Position numbers and translations under genes: made by a program
The notes under the pieces: generated by a model
The model's database searches: none
Told to the model about the DNA's origin: nothing
Seen by the model: the letters and a program-made list of their open reading frames with translations, nothing else
Assembly (NCBI RefSeq): GCF_000008645.1
Contig: NC_000916.1
Location: 1,680,001-1,712,000 of the forward strand
Origin: Methanothermobacter thermautotrophicus str. Delta H
GTDB taxonomy: Archaea; Methanobacteriota; Methanobacteria; Methanobacteriales; Methanothermobacteraceae
DNA: 32,000 nucleotides
Reading direction: 5' to 3'
Shown: positions 1-8,503 of the stretch, piece by piece
Numbering within the stretch: the first letter of the stretch is position 1
Layout: each line of letters begins with the position of its first letter

Positions 1-739
1 CTCTGATGTTATCCCGGGACACCCTCCTTATCTCTCTTCTCCCGAAGCCCTCCATCCTCATCCGGTGAACTGTCCTTGGAACAGAAAGGGGATCTGATGG
101 TGCAGAGCTCATGTCACTGTTTATGACAAATCTTTCGGTCCCGTATTCCCTGAGAATTTCTACTGCTTCAGCAGGAGTGAGCTTCTCCGGCTGCACGGTG
201 AGGCCAAGGATACATTCAGTTTCAATCAGATGAGGGAGCACATCCATGTTAACATGCTCAATCACGGCCCTCCTCTCATCAATGTTCTCTCCAACAAGAT
301 CTACTATCAGTGGGGTTATCTCGGCCTTTCTGGTGCGCGGGGTGTGCACAATTACAGGGAATCCCAGCTCATCTGCCATCTGCATCTGCTCTATGAAGAC
401 CTCTTTTTCAATTTCTGACCCCGAGTCAAGGCCTATTTCACCCACAGCAACAACAGATGAATCCTTAAGGAGAGCTGGAAGTTCTTCAAGGACCCTCCCA
501 TGATCAGGGGGTATGGCCCTCGGGTGCATCCCCAGTGCCAGGTGCAGTCTGAGGCCTTTACGTGAGGCCCTCCCCGGCTCAACCATGAGAACTCTCCTCA
601 GGTGTGCAAGGATTACATCTGCTGATAGGGCCTCAAGAGGGTCATGGGCACATGCGATGGCTTCTTCAACACCACTCACAGCCATCAACTCAAAATCCTC
701 GATGGGTCTAGTGTCTGCATGTATATGACTGTCTATCAG
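1..739 (-). CDS. TatD-related metal-dependent hydrolase (3' end truncated by window edge)
   Basis: Hand translation of the minus strand gives an open frame from 739 to the edge: (L/M)IDSHIHADTRPIEDFELMAVSGVEEAIACAHDPLEALSAD...VVAVGEIGLDSGSEIEKEVFIEQMQMADELGIPVIVHTPR...VIEHVN. It has the HxH, GEIGLD and H motifs of the TatD/amidohydrolase type. The frame is absent from the ORF track because it is incomplete and lacks an ATG start. Confidence 0.82.
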   Translation of the reverse strand, partial: MIDSHIHADTRPIEDFELMAVSGVEEAIACAHDPLEALSADVILAHLRRVLMVEPGRASRKGLRLHLALGMHPRAIPPDHGRVLEELPALLKDSSVVAVGEIGLDSGSEIEKEVFIEQMQMADELGFPVIVHTPRTRKAEITPLIVDLVGENIDERRAVIEHVNMDVLPHLIETECILGLTVQPEKLTPAEAVEILREYGTERFVINSDMSSAPSDPLSVPRTVHRMRMEGFGRREIRRVSRDNIR

Positions 740-816
740 TTCAACTCCTCCCTTTTCATTCTATCAAAATATTTAACCCTGAAGGATATAAGTGTAGTGA
801 GAGGAGTGGTGTATGC

Positions 817-1671
817 ATGCATGGCGAGATACTCACTGATGTATATGAATATCTTTATGATGACCTTCAGTTCATCCTTAAATCAGCGGCAAGGTTCCGG
901 ATAATAGCTTCTCTTCTGGAATCACCGAAAACCTTTGATGAGATAAGGGGGGATGTTAGGGTCAGCCTGCCAGCACTCTACAGTAACCTAAGGCTGCTTA
1001 TGGATGAGGGTTCAGTCAGGTTGAGGGGGGACCGTTACAGCCTCACCCCTGAGATGAAACTCATGGGACTCTCTGCACTGAAGCTGTTTGATTCTGTGAG
1101 GGTTATAAATGGCCTTGAGGATATATGGCTTGACCATGATATAAGCGGGATCCCTCAGGAACTCCTTGAGGATATTGACTGGCTCATCAATTCAGAACTC
1201 ATAGTGGCATCACCTGCAGATATATACAGGCCCCATAACACATACAGGGAACTTATAGGGGGCTCCAGTGAGATATACGGTGTTTCACCCATATCCCACA
1301 GGGACCTCATCGATATATATGAGGGGTTCCTTGAGGAGGGTGTACCCATCGAACTCGTTCTGAGTGACGGTGTTATAAGGGAAATGGTTTTAAATGCAAG
1401 CTTCAGTCTTTTAAGGACATCCATTAAAAACAGAAACCTGAGGGTAAGACGTTTTGAAGGTGATCTGAGGGTTGCCTTCACAGTAACCGATAAGTTCCTG
1501 TCACTGGGCCTCTTTGATAGGAACGGGTTTTATGACCAGAACAGGGATATCATGAGCACCGATGCCAGGGCCATTGAGTGGGGCCTCCGGCTTTATGAGC
1601 ACTACCGTGAAAGATCAGAAAAGCTTGGACTCAGGAACCTTACGAAGATAATGCTTTCAACAGGGAACTAG
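817..1671 (+). CDS. HTH transcriptional regulator with C-terminal FilR1-like domain
   Basis: 284-aa ORF with N-terminal winged-HTH-like segment (ILKSAARFRIIASLLESPKTFDEIRGDVRVSLPALYSNLRLLMDEG) and a C-terminal region typical of methanogen FilR1 regulators (VSPISHRDLIDIYEGFLEEGVPIELVLSDGVI). GAGGAG lies upstream. Confidence 0.8.
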   Translation: MHGEILTDVYEYLYDDLQFILKSAARFRIIASLLESPKTFDEIRGDVRVSLPALYSNLRLLMDEGSVRLRGDRYSLTPEMKLMGLSALKLFDSVRVINGLEDIWLDHDISGIPQELLEDIDWLINSELIVASPADIYRPHNTYRELIGGSSEIYGVSPISHRDLIDIYEGFLEEGVPIELVLSDGVIREMVLNASFSLLRTSIKNRNLRVRRFEGDLRVAFTVTDKFLSLGLFDRNGFYDQNRDIMSTDARAIEWGLRLYEHYRERSEKLGLRNLTKIMLSTGN

Positions 1672-1691
1672 CTGATCTGGAGGGAACCGGA

Positions 1692-2438
1692 ATGAAATTT
1701 AAACTGTTATCACCACGTGATGAAGGTGATTTTCAGAATCTCCTTGCTGACATCAGATTTCTGGCCGGCTCACGGGTCAGGTCAAAGATTATATTTGCAC
1801 TGATGGACGGTGAAAGGTCCATTTCTGATATCAGGAAGAGTATGATGGCTCCAGATTCAACCATAACCCATTCCTTAATGGAATTAGAATCAAAAAGGCT
1901 GGTTGAGAGGAGTCAGGATTCCTGCAGATTGACTTCAAAAGGGAAACTTATGGGCGCGGTCCTTTCGAGGTTCATAGCTTCACTGGATGCAGTCAGACTT
2001 CACAGGGACTTCTGGAATGAACATTCAATAGAGGTCATACCCCTGGAATTTCTGATGAAGATAAATGTATTCAGGGACGCATACACCCTTGAAGCCAGCC
2101 CGGGTAAACTTGAGGAGCCGTATGCAACCTACCTGGAGATGCTGGATAGCTCCACCCACCTCAGGGCAATGCTCTCGGTGTGCCTGCCCCGGCACACAGA
2201 TGCCATAGGCCGTTTCATTGAGATCGGAGGAGCAGCTGAAGTCATACTCACACCTGACAGCTATCCTGTGTTTATAAGGGAATCGGCCGGTATGAACCTG
2301 AAGGAAGCAATGGATTCTGGTCTTCTCATGATTGGAATCCTTGAGGAGAAACAGGAAATATCATATATTGTCTCTGACACCTTTTTTGCGATGAGCCTCA
2401 GGAGGGAGGGTCTGACCCCTCAAGTACAAGGGTCATAA
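1692..2438 (+). CDS. HTH transcriptional regulator with C-terminal FilR1-like domain (tandem paralog)
   Basis: 248-aa ORF starting 20 nt after the previous stop. Same architecture: AGSRVRSKIIFALMDGERSISDIRKSMMAPDSTITHSLMELESKRLVERS ... VIPLEFLMKINVFRDAYTLEASPGKLEEPYATYLEML. Confidence 0.78.
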   Translation: MKFKLLSPRDEGDFQNLLADIRFLAGSRVRSKIIFALMDGERSISDIRKSMMAPDSTITHSLMELESKRLVERSQDSCRLTSKGKLMGAVLSRFIASLDAVRLHRDFWNEHSIEVIPLEFLMKINVFRDAYTLEASPGKLEEPYATYLEMLDSSTHLRAMLSVCLPRHTDAIGRFIEIGGAAEVILTPDSYPVFIRESAGMNLKEAMDSGLLMIGILEEKQEISYIVSDTFFAMSLRREGLTPQVQGS

Positions 2439-2567
2439 TGGGTCACGGTGATGAACTCCTGCGGTGGGGTAACGAGCTCTTTGATTATCACTGGAGCCTC
2501 TCCACGGGTCTGGACAGTGAAATGCTGGATGTTAATGTGGATGAGGTGGTCCCGGCAGAGGAATGAT

Positions 2568-4265
2568 TTATCCTCTGAGTTTTTCAAGTGTGGGGACCAG
2601 TTCCTCGATCTTAACCCGTACCTGACTGCAGTCATCACGGTTTCGAAGGGTCACTGTACCATCCTCAAGGGTCTCATGATCCACCGTAACTGCAAATGGG
2701 ACACCTATCTCATCTGCACGGGCATATCTTCTTCCTATTGTTCCTGATGAATCAAATTCTGCAATAAAACCTGACCTTCTGAGGTTTCTCTCTATCTCAA
2801 GGGCGGTCATCACCATCTCCTCCCGATTCACCAGCGGAAGGACAGTCACCTCAACAGGTGCAACATGGGGTGGGAGACGGAAGTAGGTCCTCTCCCCATC
2901 ATCCACAAGGGAGTGCAGGAGTAGCGTGTAGATTATACGGTCAATACCAAAGGAGGGCTCTATGACGTGGGGATACACCTTCCTGCCAGTCACAACCTCC
3001 TCAACATCCTCAAAACTTACATCATCAGGGAGTATCTCGAATTCACCCTCAAGGATGAACCTTCCCTCTTCATCGAGGGCCTTCTCTATTTCCTCCACAT
3101 CAACCTCACTGAGGGCACTGGCTATCCTGGCGGCATCCTTACGGAATTTTGGGCCAAGTTTGCCCATGTCTGGCTTCACGGCACGTTTCCTAATCCTCCT
3201 TGGCTCATCATATTCTATGAAAACCCTGAGGTCCTCCCCGCTGTGCTGGCTATGGGACCTGAGATCATAGTCGGTCCTGTCAGCTATCCCTATGATCTCT
3301 ATCCAGCCGTAGGAATCTGTAAATGCCTCAACGTCCCAGCAGTCAATTGCATAGTGCGCCATTTCAGATGGAAGGTGCTGCCTGAACCTCAGGGCATCCT
3401 CGGGGATACCTATATCCATCAGGAACCTTTTTGCGAGGCACAGGTGGTATGTAAGGACTTCACTTGAAATCACACCTGCTTCAAGGGCCTCAGCGGCCGT
3501 CATATCCACAGTTCCGGATTCCTCCATCTGTCTCCCGGCAGGGTACAGTCTGAGGATGTCCTCCTTAACCTCCTCAAAGTCGGGGTGTGTCTTGTGTTCA
3601 GGGTCCACGAATATCTCTGCCTCTGCCTGTGTGAATTCACGGAGCCTTATAACTCCCTGTCTGGGGGATATCTCGTTACGGTAGGATTTACCAAGCTGGA
3701 CAACGCCAAAGGGCAGGCGGTTCCTGAAGAATCTCAGGAGCCTCTTGAAGGGTATGAATATGCCCTGGGCTGTTTCAGGCCTCAAATAACCTGTCTTCTT
3801 ACCCCTCGCCCCTATCAGGGTCTGAAACATGAGGTTGTAGCTCCATACATGGGTTAAGTGGCCTCCACACCTGGGACACCTTATCCCCTCATCTGATATA
3901 ATCTCTGTGAGTTCCTGGTTCTCAAGACCCTCAACGTCGCGTCCGGTGGCGTCCTCAATGATGTGATCGGCACGGTAGACATCCATACATTCCTTGCACT
4001 GGGTCATGGGGTCATTGAAGTGGTCAACGTGTCCAGATGCCTTGAGGGCCTCCTCAGGCATTATTGTGGGGGATTCTATCTCATAAAAACCCTCCCTCAC
4101 AACATAGAATTCACGCCAGCGGTTCATTATCTTGTTCTTGAGTGTTGCCCCCAGTGGACCGTAGTCCACAAAACCTGCAACACCTGAGTAAATTTCAAAT
4201 GAAGACCAGAGGAAACCTCTTTTCCTTGCAACTGTCATGGTTCTTTCATGGTTCACATTAATCAC
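2568..4265 (-). CDS. glyS: glycyl-tRNA synthetase (archaeal/eukaryotic alpha2 type)
   Basis: 565-aa ORF with class II motifs: KRGFLWSSFEIYSGVAGFVDYGPLGATLKNKI, GKSYRNEISPRQGVIRLREFTQAEAEIFV, HVIEPSFGIDRIIYTLL, plus an anticodon-binding domain. The start is ambiguous (GTG 4265, GTG near 4256, or ATG 4238). Confidence 0.97.
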   Translation of the reverse strand: MINVNHERTMTVARKRGFLWSSFEIYSGVAGFVDYGPLGATLKNKIMNRWREFYVVREGFYEIESPTIMPEEALKASGHVDHFNDPMTQCKECMDVYRADHIIEDATGRDVEGLENQELTEIISDEGIRCPRCGGHLTHVWSYNLMFQTLIGARGKKTGYLRPETAQGIFIPFKRLLRFFRNRLPFGVVQLGKSYRNEISPRQGVIRLREFTQAEAEIFVDPEHKTHPDFEEVKEDILRLYPAGRQMEESGTVDMTAAEALEAGVISSEVLTYHLCLAKRFLMDIGIPEDALRFRQHLPSEMAHYAIDCWDVEAFTDSYGWIEIIGIADRTDYDLRSHSQHSGEDLRVFIEYDEPRRIRKRAVKPDMGKLGPKFRKDAARIASALSEVDVEEIEKALDEEGRFILEGEFEILPDDVSFEDVEEVVTGRKVYPHVIEPSFGIDRIIYTLLLHSLVDDGERTYFRLPPHVAPVEVTVLPLVNREEMVMTALEIERNLRRSGFIAEFDSSGTIGRRYARADEIGVPFAVTVDHETLEDGTVTLRNRDDCSQVRVKIEELVPTLEKLRG

Positions 4266-4271
4266 TCCCTT

Positions 4272-4865
4272 CTACAGTCTGGAGTTTCTTATCTCATAGT
4301 CATCCTTTATTCTGCTTGTCTGGGGCCTTGTCTGGCCGATGTACTTGCTGTCACGTGAGGGGTGCCCGTAGGGTCGCTCTGCTGGAGAGGTCATTGTCTC
4401 GAATACTATCTGGCACACCCTCTGTCTGGGGTAGAGTGCAACTGGCATCTTACCTATATTGGATATTTCAAGGGTTATCCTTCCATGGAAACCGGGGTCT
4501 ATGTACCCTGCTGTGACATGCATGGTTATACCAAGCCTCCCGATGGATGAACGACCCTCAACCCTGGCAACAAGGTCCTCAGGCAGGGCTATGTATTCGT
4601 GGGTTGTTGCAAGGGCGAATTCACCGGGATGTATTATGAAGGGCCCGTCCTCAACATGGAATGTCTCCATATAGGACTCTATATCTGAGGGGTCCTTGGG
4701 GTCTATGCAGGGTTTCCTTATAACCCGGAACCCCTTAAATTCATTACCTATCCTGAGATCAACCGATGATGGCTGTATCTGCCTTTCAGGGTCATCAAGG
4801 GGGTCTATGGTGATGAGGCCCTCCTCGATGTACCTCTTTATGTCACGGTCACTGAGTATCGCCAT
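4272..4865 (-). CDS. dcd: dCTP deaminase / dUTPase family
   Basis: MAILSDRDIKRYIEEGLITIDPLDDPERQIQPSSVDLRIGNEF ... EGRSSIGRLGITMHVTAGYIDPGFHGRITLEISN. The ORF track extends to 4967, but the conserved N-terminus begins at ATG 4865, preceded on the minus strand by GAGGAGATG. Confidence 0.95.
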   Translation of the reverse strand: MAILSDRDIKRYIEEGLITIDPLDDPERQIQPSSVDLRIGNEFKGFRVIRKPCIDPKDPSDIESYMETFHVEDGPFIIHPGEFALATTHEYIALPEDLVARVEGRSSIGRLGITMHVTAGYIDPGFHGRITLEISNIGKMPVALYPRQRVCQIVFETMTSPAERPYGHPSRDSKYIGQTRPQTSRIKDDYEIRNSRL

Positions 4866-4881
4866 TAAAAACATCTCCTCT

Positions 4882-5979
4882 CTAATCTCTGCCATTATCC
4901 TCCTTCTTAACCTTGATTTCATCGGGGTTTTCCACGGAGTCAGGGATGCCGCTGCTGTTACCGGCACCCACTATGAGGATGGAGTCTGCATCAGATTCAG
5001 AGACGATCCCCTTTATCTGTTCAAGGGCCACCCTGCAGCCCCCCAGGACATCCTCTGGCATCTGACTCATTGCCTCCTCAGGGGACATCTTTATTATGAT
5101 GGAGTGGGTTCTATGTTCCAGCACCAGGTTCTCTATGAACCACTTCTCAACACCGGACCCGCCGATGGCCACACCCATACCGCAGGCCACCGCCCCGGTC
5201 TTCTCGCCCTCAAGCTTTGCAGCAGCATCAACCATTATTATCTCATCAAACTCATCGCGGGTAAGGATTTCCTCCATGGCCTTTATCATCATCCCGAGCC
5301 TTGAACCGGGACCTCTGGGCCTCAGAATACCAACTTCCTTCCCCATAAACCTCTTTTTAACATAGACCATTTCATGCAGGTGCTCCCTCTGGTCCCTGTT
5401 CTCTATCAGCATCCCTGCAGTGAGGGGACCTGCACCATCACCTATGGGAAGGAAGCGTGATATGGCCCTGCAGCCGTCCATGTAGGCCCTGGCGGTTCGC
5501 ATGATCAGCGCAAGGTTCATCTGGAGTGCCACAAGGATCTGGAGGTTCCCGGTTTTCCTTGCAAGTTCAAGGTTGTGCCTGAGGAATTTGAGTATCCCCC
5601 TCATTCCTGCAGCAACCCTGATGCACATGATGATGGAGGCCCTCCTTTCGGTGTCAGCAGCGGGTGGAAACCTTTCAACAAGTTTCTGGAGCCTCAGATC
5701 ACCCATCTCAAGGAGCCTGCGGTACCTATCTGCCAGCCCTGCTGGATCAATATCTGATGGCGGGATTATGAAGAATTCAAGGTAATCCTCAAGGGTCCTG
5801 GGGTCCTCAGGCTCTGCAAGTTCTGCCAGGATTTTCATGGCATCACCCTCCATATCCTCGAGCTCGGCTATGGCCCCCTCAATGGCTGAGAAGATCCTCA
5901 TCCTGACAATTGCAGGTAGGAGTATGATGAGGAGGATGAATGCAGCCATCCCAAGGATATCAAGGATACTGAAGGGCAC
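4882..5979 (-). CDS. DUF1512 domain-containing membrane-anchored protein
   Basis: 365-aa ORF with one N-terminal TM helix (ILGMAAFILLIILLPAIV) and conserved text such as EVGILRPRGPGSRLGMMIKAMEEI, VDAAAKLEGEKTGAVACGMGVAIGG, ADSILIVGAGNSSGIP, typical of archaeal DUF1512 proteins. Confidence 0.75.
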   Translation of the reverse strand: MPFSILDILGMAAFILLIILLPAIVRMRIFSAIEGAIAELEDMEGDAMKILAELAEPEDPRTLEDYLEFFIIPPSDIDPAGLADRYRRLLEMGDLRLQKLVERFPPAADTERRASIIMCIRVAAGMRGILKFLRHNLELARKTGNLQILVALQMNLALIMRTARAYMDGCRAISRFLPIGDGAGPLTAGMLIENRDQREHLHEMVYVKKRFMGKEVGILRPRGPGSRLGMMIKAMEEILTRDEFDEIIMVDAAAKLEGEKTGAVACGMGVAIGGSGVEKWFIENLVLEHRTHSIIIKMSPEEAMSQMPEDVLGGCRVALEQIKGIVSESDADSILIVGAGNSSGIPDSVENPDEIKVKKEDNGRD

Positions 5980-5991
5980 AGAGAATCACCA

Positions 5992-6714
5992 TCAACCTTT
6001 CATCCGGTTCTTTATTCTCCTGAGGACTCCCTTGAGCGTGTGGGCCTCCCTTGCGGTTATGAAGGCCCTTCCGGTGATGTTCCTGAACACCCTCGAGGCC
6101 ACCCTCTGCTTATGTTCCGGGATGTCAATTAGGGAGAGTATGTCATCCATTTCCTCCAGGAGAAGACTCTTCTCCAGGGCAGAGGCCTCTTCAAGGCCCT
6201 CACATCTGAATTCCCTATCTCTGAACAGCTCATAGAATATTATGGCTGCAGCATGTGTTATATTCATTATTGGATACTCCTCTGAGGTCGGTACACTCAC
6301 AACCATGTCGCAGAGACCTATCTCCTCATTGGAAAGACCGTCACCCTCGCGCCCGAATAGTATGAAGGTCCCTGAGGAGGGCCTGATGGCATCTGCAAGC
6401 TGTGATGGTCTGAGGGGGATCCTGTCCACGTTGTAACTGCCACCAGGTACGCCGGTGGTCCCCACAAGGAAGTCAGGCTCCAGGGAATCTATCATCTCAG
6501 AAAGGTCCCGGTAAATCAGGGCACCCTCCACTATGTCCCTTGCATGCATTGCCTGATAGTAGGCCTCATCCTCGAGTTCACAGGGGTTTATGAGGATCAG
6601 GGTCCTCAGACCAAAATTCTTCATTGCCCTTGCCAGGAACCCGATATTTCCAGGGGTTTCAGGTTCGACGAAGACAACGCTGATATTTTCTGCCAGCATT
6701 TTCAGGGCTTCCAT
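5992..6714 (-). CDS. TrmH/SpoU (SPOUT) family RNA 2'-O-methyltransferase, TrmJ-like
   Basis: VVFVEPETPGNIGFLARAMKNFG ... LVGTTGVPGG ... GTFILFGREGDGLSNEEIGLCDMVVSVPTSEEYPIMNITHAAAIIFYELF (SPOUT motifs). ORF track start is 6759; ATG 6714 gives the compact form. Confidence 0.9.
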   Translation of the reverse strand: MEALKMLAENISVVFVEPETPGNIGFLARAMKNFGLRTLILINPCELEDEAYYQAMHARDIVEGALIYRDLSEMIDSLEPDFLVGTTGVPGGSYNVDRIPLRPSQLADAIRPSSGTFILFGREGDGLSNEEIGLCDMVVSVPTSEEYPIMNITHAAAIIFYELFRDREFRCEGLEEASALEKSLLLEEMDDILSLIDIPEHKQRVASRVFRNITGRAFITAREAHTLKGVLRRIKNRMKG

Positions 6715-6727
6715 GTCTTTCCACCCT

Positions 6728-8194
6728 TTAATCGGAATAGGCAAGATCCAGGAGTTCAAGTATGTTCATGACCCTGACGTTTTCCAGGCCCGCAAGGTCA
6801 AGGGAGTCCCTGATATGGAGCTGACAGAAGGGGCATATTGTTACAACAGCGTCAACATCGAGTTCACGTATCATATCTGCCTTCTTCCTGCCGAGGGCCT
6901 CTGCTACCTCTGGCTTACCTGACTTCACCCCACCACCGGATCCGCAGCACTGATCAGGTTTCTCCATTTCAACGAATTCGAGGCCCGGTATCTTCCTCAG
7001 GATCTTCCTCGGTTCGAATTCGACTCCCTGGCCCCGTTTGAGGTGGCAGGGGTCATGGTAGGTCACCCTCATATTCACTGGCTTCATTTTGATGGTGTCG
7101 ATTCTGTCTGCAAGGAATTCACTTATATCAAGGACGTTCAGCTTAACACCGTAGCGTGGATAGTCCTTTTTCAGGGTAGCGCCGCAGCCAGCACAGACGG
7201 TTATTATGGTATCATAGTCCCTGAGGGCTTTTCTGTTCTTCTCAACAAGGTCCTCAACTATGTCGACCTGCCCGGTCCTTATCATGGGTGATCCGCAGCA
7301 AACCTGTCCCTCCGGGACGTCAACATCAAAGCCGTGCTCCCTGAGAACCCTGAGGAGTGCCATTCCAACCTCTGGCATCCGGTAATCCACCAGGCAGCCG
7401 GTGAAGAAACCTATCCGTGACCCGGGGTTTTTGCCGACTGATTCAATGAAACCATCCTTTATCCTGTCAACGGATCTTCCTGTTTCTGAGATGAGTTTTT
7501 TGATTCTCCTGTGGGCATCGAGGGGCCCGGAACCCTCCCTGCATGCCATTGCCCTCAGTTTTTCAATGGCATCACCGGGCACATTGAGTTCCTTGGGGCA
7601 GACCTCTGCACACTTACCGCAGGTTGTACAGCAGTACAGCCCTTTATCCACGCCCTCCTGTGCCCTGTCGCCAGTGTCACGGGGGTCGAAGGCGAATTTG
7701 GACAGGTACCTCATGAAGTAGGGCCCGGCGTACTCTGAACTCTCCTTTATAACAGGGCAGGAGCTTATACAGGAGAAGCATTCAATACATCCCCTGAGCT
7801 TCTTGGAGTCCAGGTAATCCTCTGGTCTGATCCTCTGGATTCCCTCAGAGGATGCCTGGAGGTATAACTGCATTGACTTTACCTTCTCCTCTATTTCTCC
7901 ACGATCGACCATGAGGTCCTTTATAACGGGGAGGTCGATGGGTTCTATGATGGCACCATCCTCCACCTCAGCGCGGCATGCCAGCACAACTTCTCCATTC
8001 ATCTTAACAGCACATGAACCGCACTGCCCTGCCCTGCAGGAGCTTCTGAATGCAATATTGGCTCCGTGAATTTTATTTATTAGTTGAAGGGCGTCAAGGA
8101 CCTTCATCTTTTCCTTTGAGGGTATTTCATAACTTTCAAGGTGTGGTTTCTCATCTACACCCGGCTCAAATCTTAAAACCCTAATATTTATCAT
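6728..8194 (-). CDS. tfrB: CoM/CoB-fumarate reductase (thiol:fumarate reductase) subunit B
   Basis: N-terminal 2Fe-2S domain (SSCRAGQCGSCAVKMNGE), two 4Fe-4S motifs (CIECFSCISSCPV, CCTTCGKCAEVCP) and two HdrB-like CCG domains (CCGSPMIRTG..CAGCGATLKKDYP; CCGSGGGVKSG..CPFCQLHI). Start at ATG 8194 or 8206. Confidence 0.93.
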   Translation of the reverse strand: MINIRVLRFEPGVDEKPHLESYEIPSKEKMKVLDALQLINKIHGANIAFRSSCRAGQCGSCAVKMNGEVVLACRAEVEDGAIIEPIDLPVIKDLMVDRGEIEEKVKSMQLYLQASSEGIQRIRPEDYLDSKKLRGCIECFSCISSCPVIKESSEYAGPYFMRYLSKFAFDPRDTGDRAQEGVDKGLYCCTTCGKCAEVCPKELNVPGDAIEKLRAMACREGSGPLDAHRRIKKLISETGRSVDRIKDGFIESVGKNPGSRIGFFTGCLVDYRMPEVGMALLRVLREHGFDVDVPEGQVCCGSPMIRTGQVDIVEDLVEKNRKALRDYDTIITVCAGCGATLKKDYPRYGVKLNVLDISEFLADRIDTIKMKPVNMRVTYHDPCHLKRGQGVEFEPRKILRKIPGLEFVEMEKPDQCCGSGGGVKSGKPEVAEALGRKKADMIRELDVDAVVTICPFCQLHIRDSLDLAGLENVRVMNILELLDLAYSD

Positions 8195-8311
8195 TTCCAT
8201 CTCCATGCTGACTCATATGAAAAACTTCAGAATGAACTGAATTTTAATTGTTTATCAACACATATTAAGGTTTGTGATTTTAACTGATAATCTTTTAAAC
8301 AATACAGACAT

Positions 8312-8503
8312 ATGTATTCTGGAAGTGCTCCGGGACTGCGCGTGCTGCTGAGTGGTATCTTCATAGTGGTTATCAGCAGTTCAGCACTCAACATAAAATC
8401 AAACACCGGAGTCCATCAACAGTTAAAGAGATTTTGTGAAGAATATCATATGGGTTCCTCAGATTGGCGGGATCAGGTTTATACCATCATTAAGGTGATT
8501 TAA
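8312..8503 (+). CDS. possible small hypothetical protein upstream of iorA
   Basis: 63-aa ORF with a hydrophobic segment (LRVLLSGIFIVVISSSALNI); its TAA overlaps the iorA ATG (TAATG). It uses CGC/CGG codons that are rare elsewhere in the window, so coding status is doubtful. Confidence 0.25.
   Translation: MYSGSAPGLRVLLSGIFIVVISSSALNIKSNTGVHQQLKRFCEEYHMGSSDWRDQVYTIIKVI

Noticed and set aside
2967-3467. 166-aa plus-strand ORF antisense to glyS
   Set aside because: Antisense shadow of glycyl-tRNA synthetase; no family motif.
4866-4967. N-terminal extension of the dcd ORF (MPVTAAASLTPWKTPMKSRLRRRIMAEIREEMFL)
   Set aside because: The dCTP deaminase family begins at MAILSDRDI. The extension overlaps the DUF1512 gene end and an internal RBS precedes ATG 4865.
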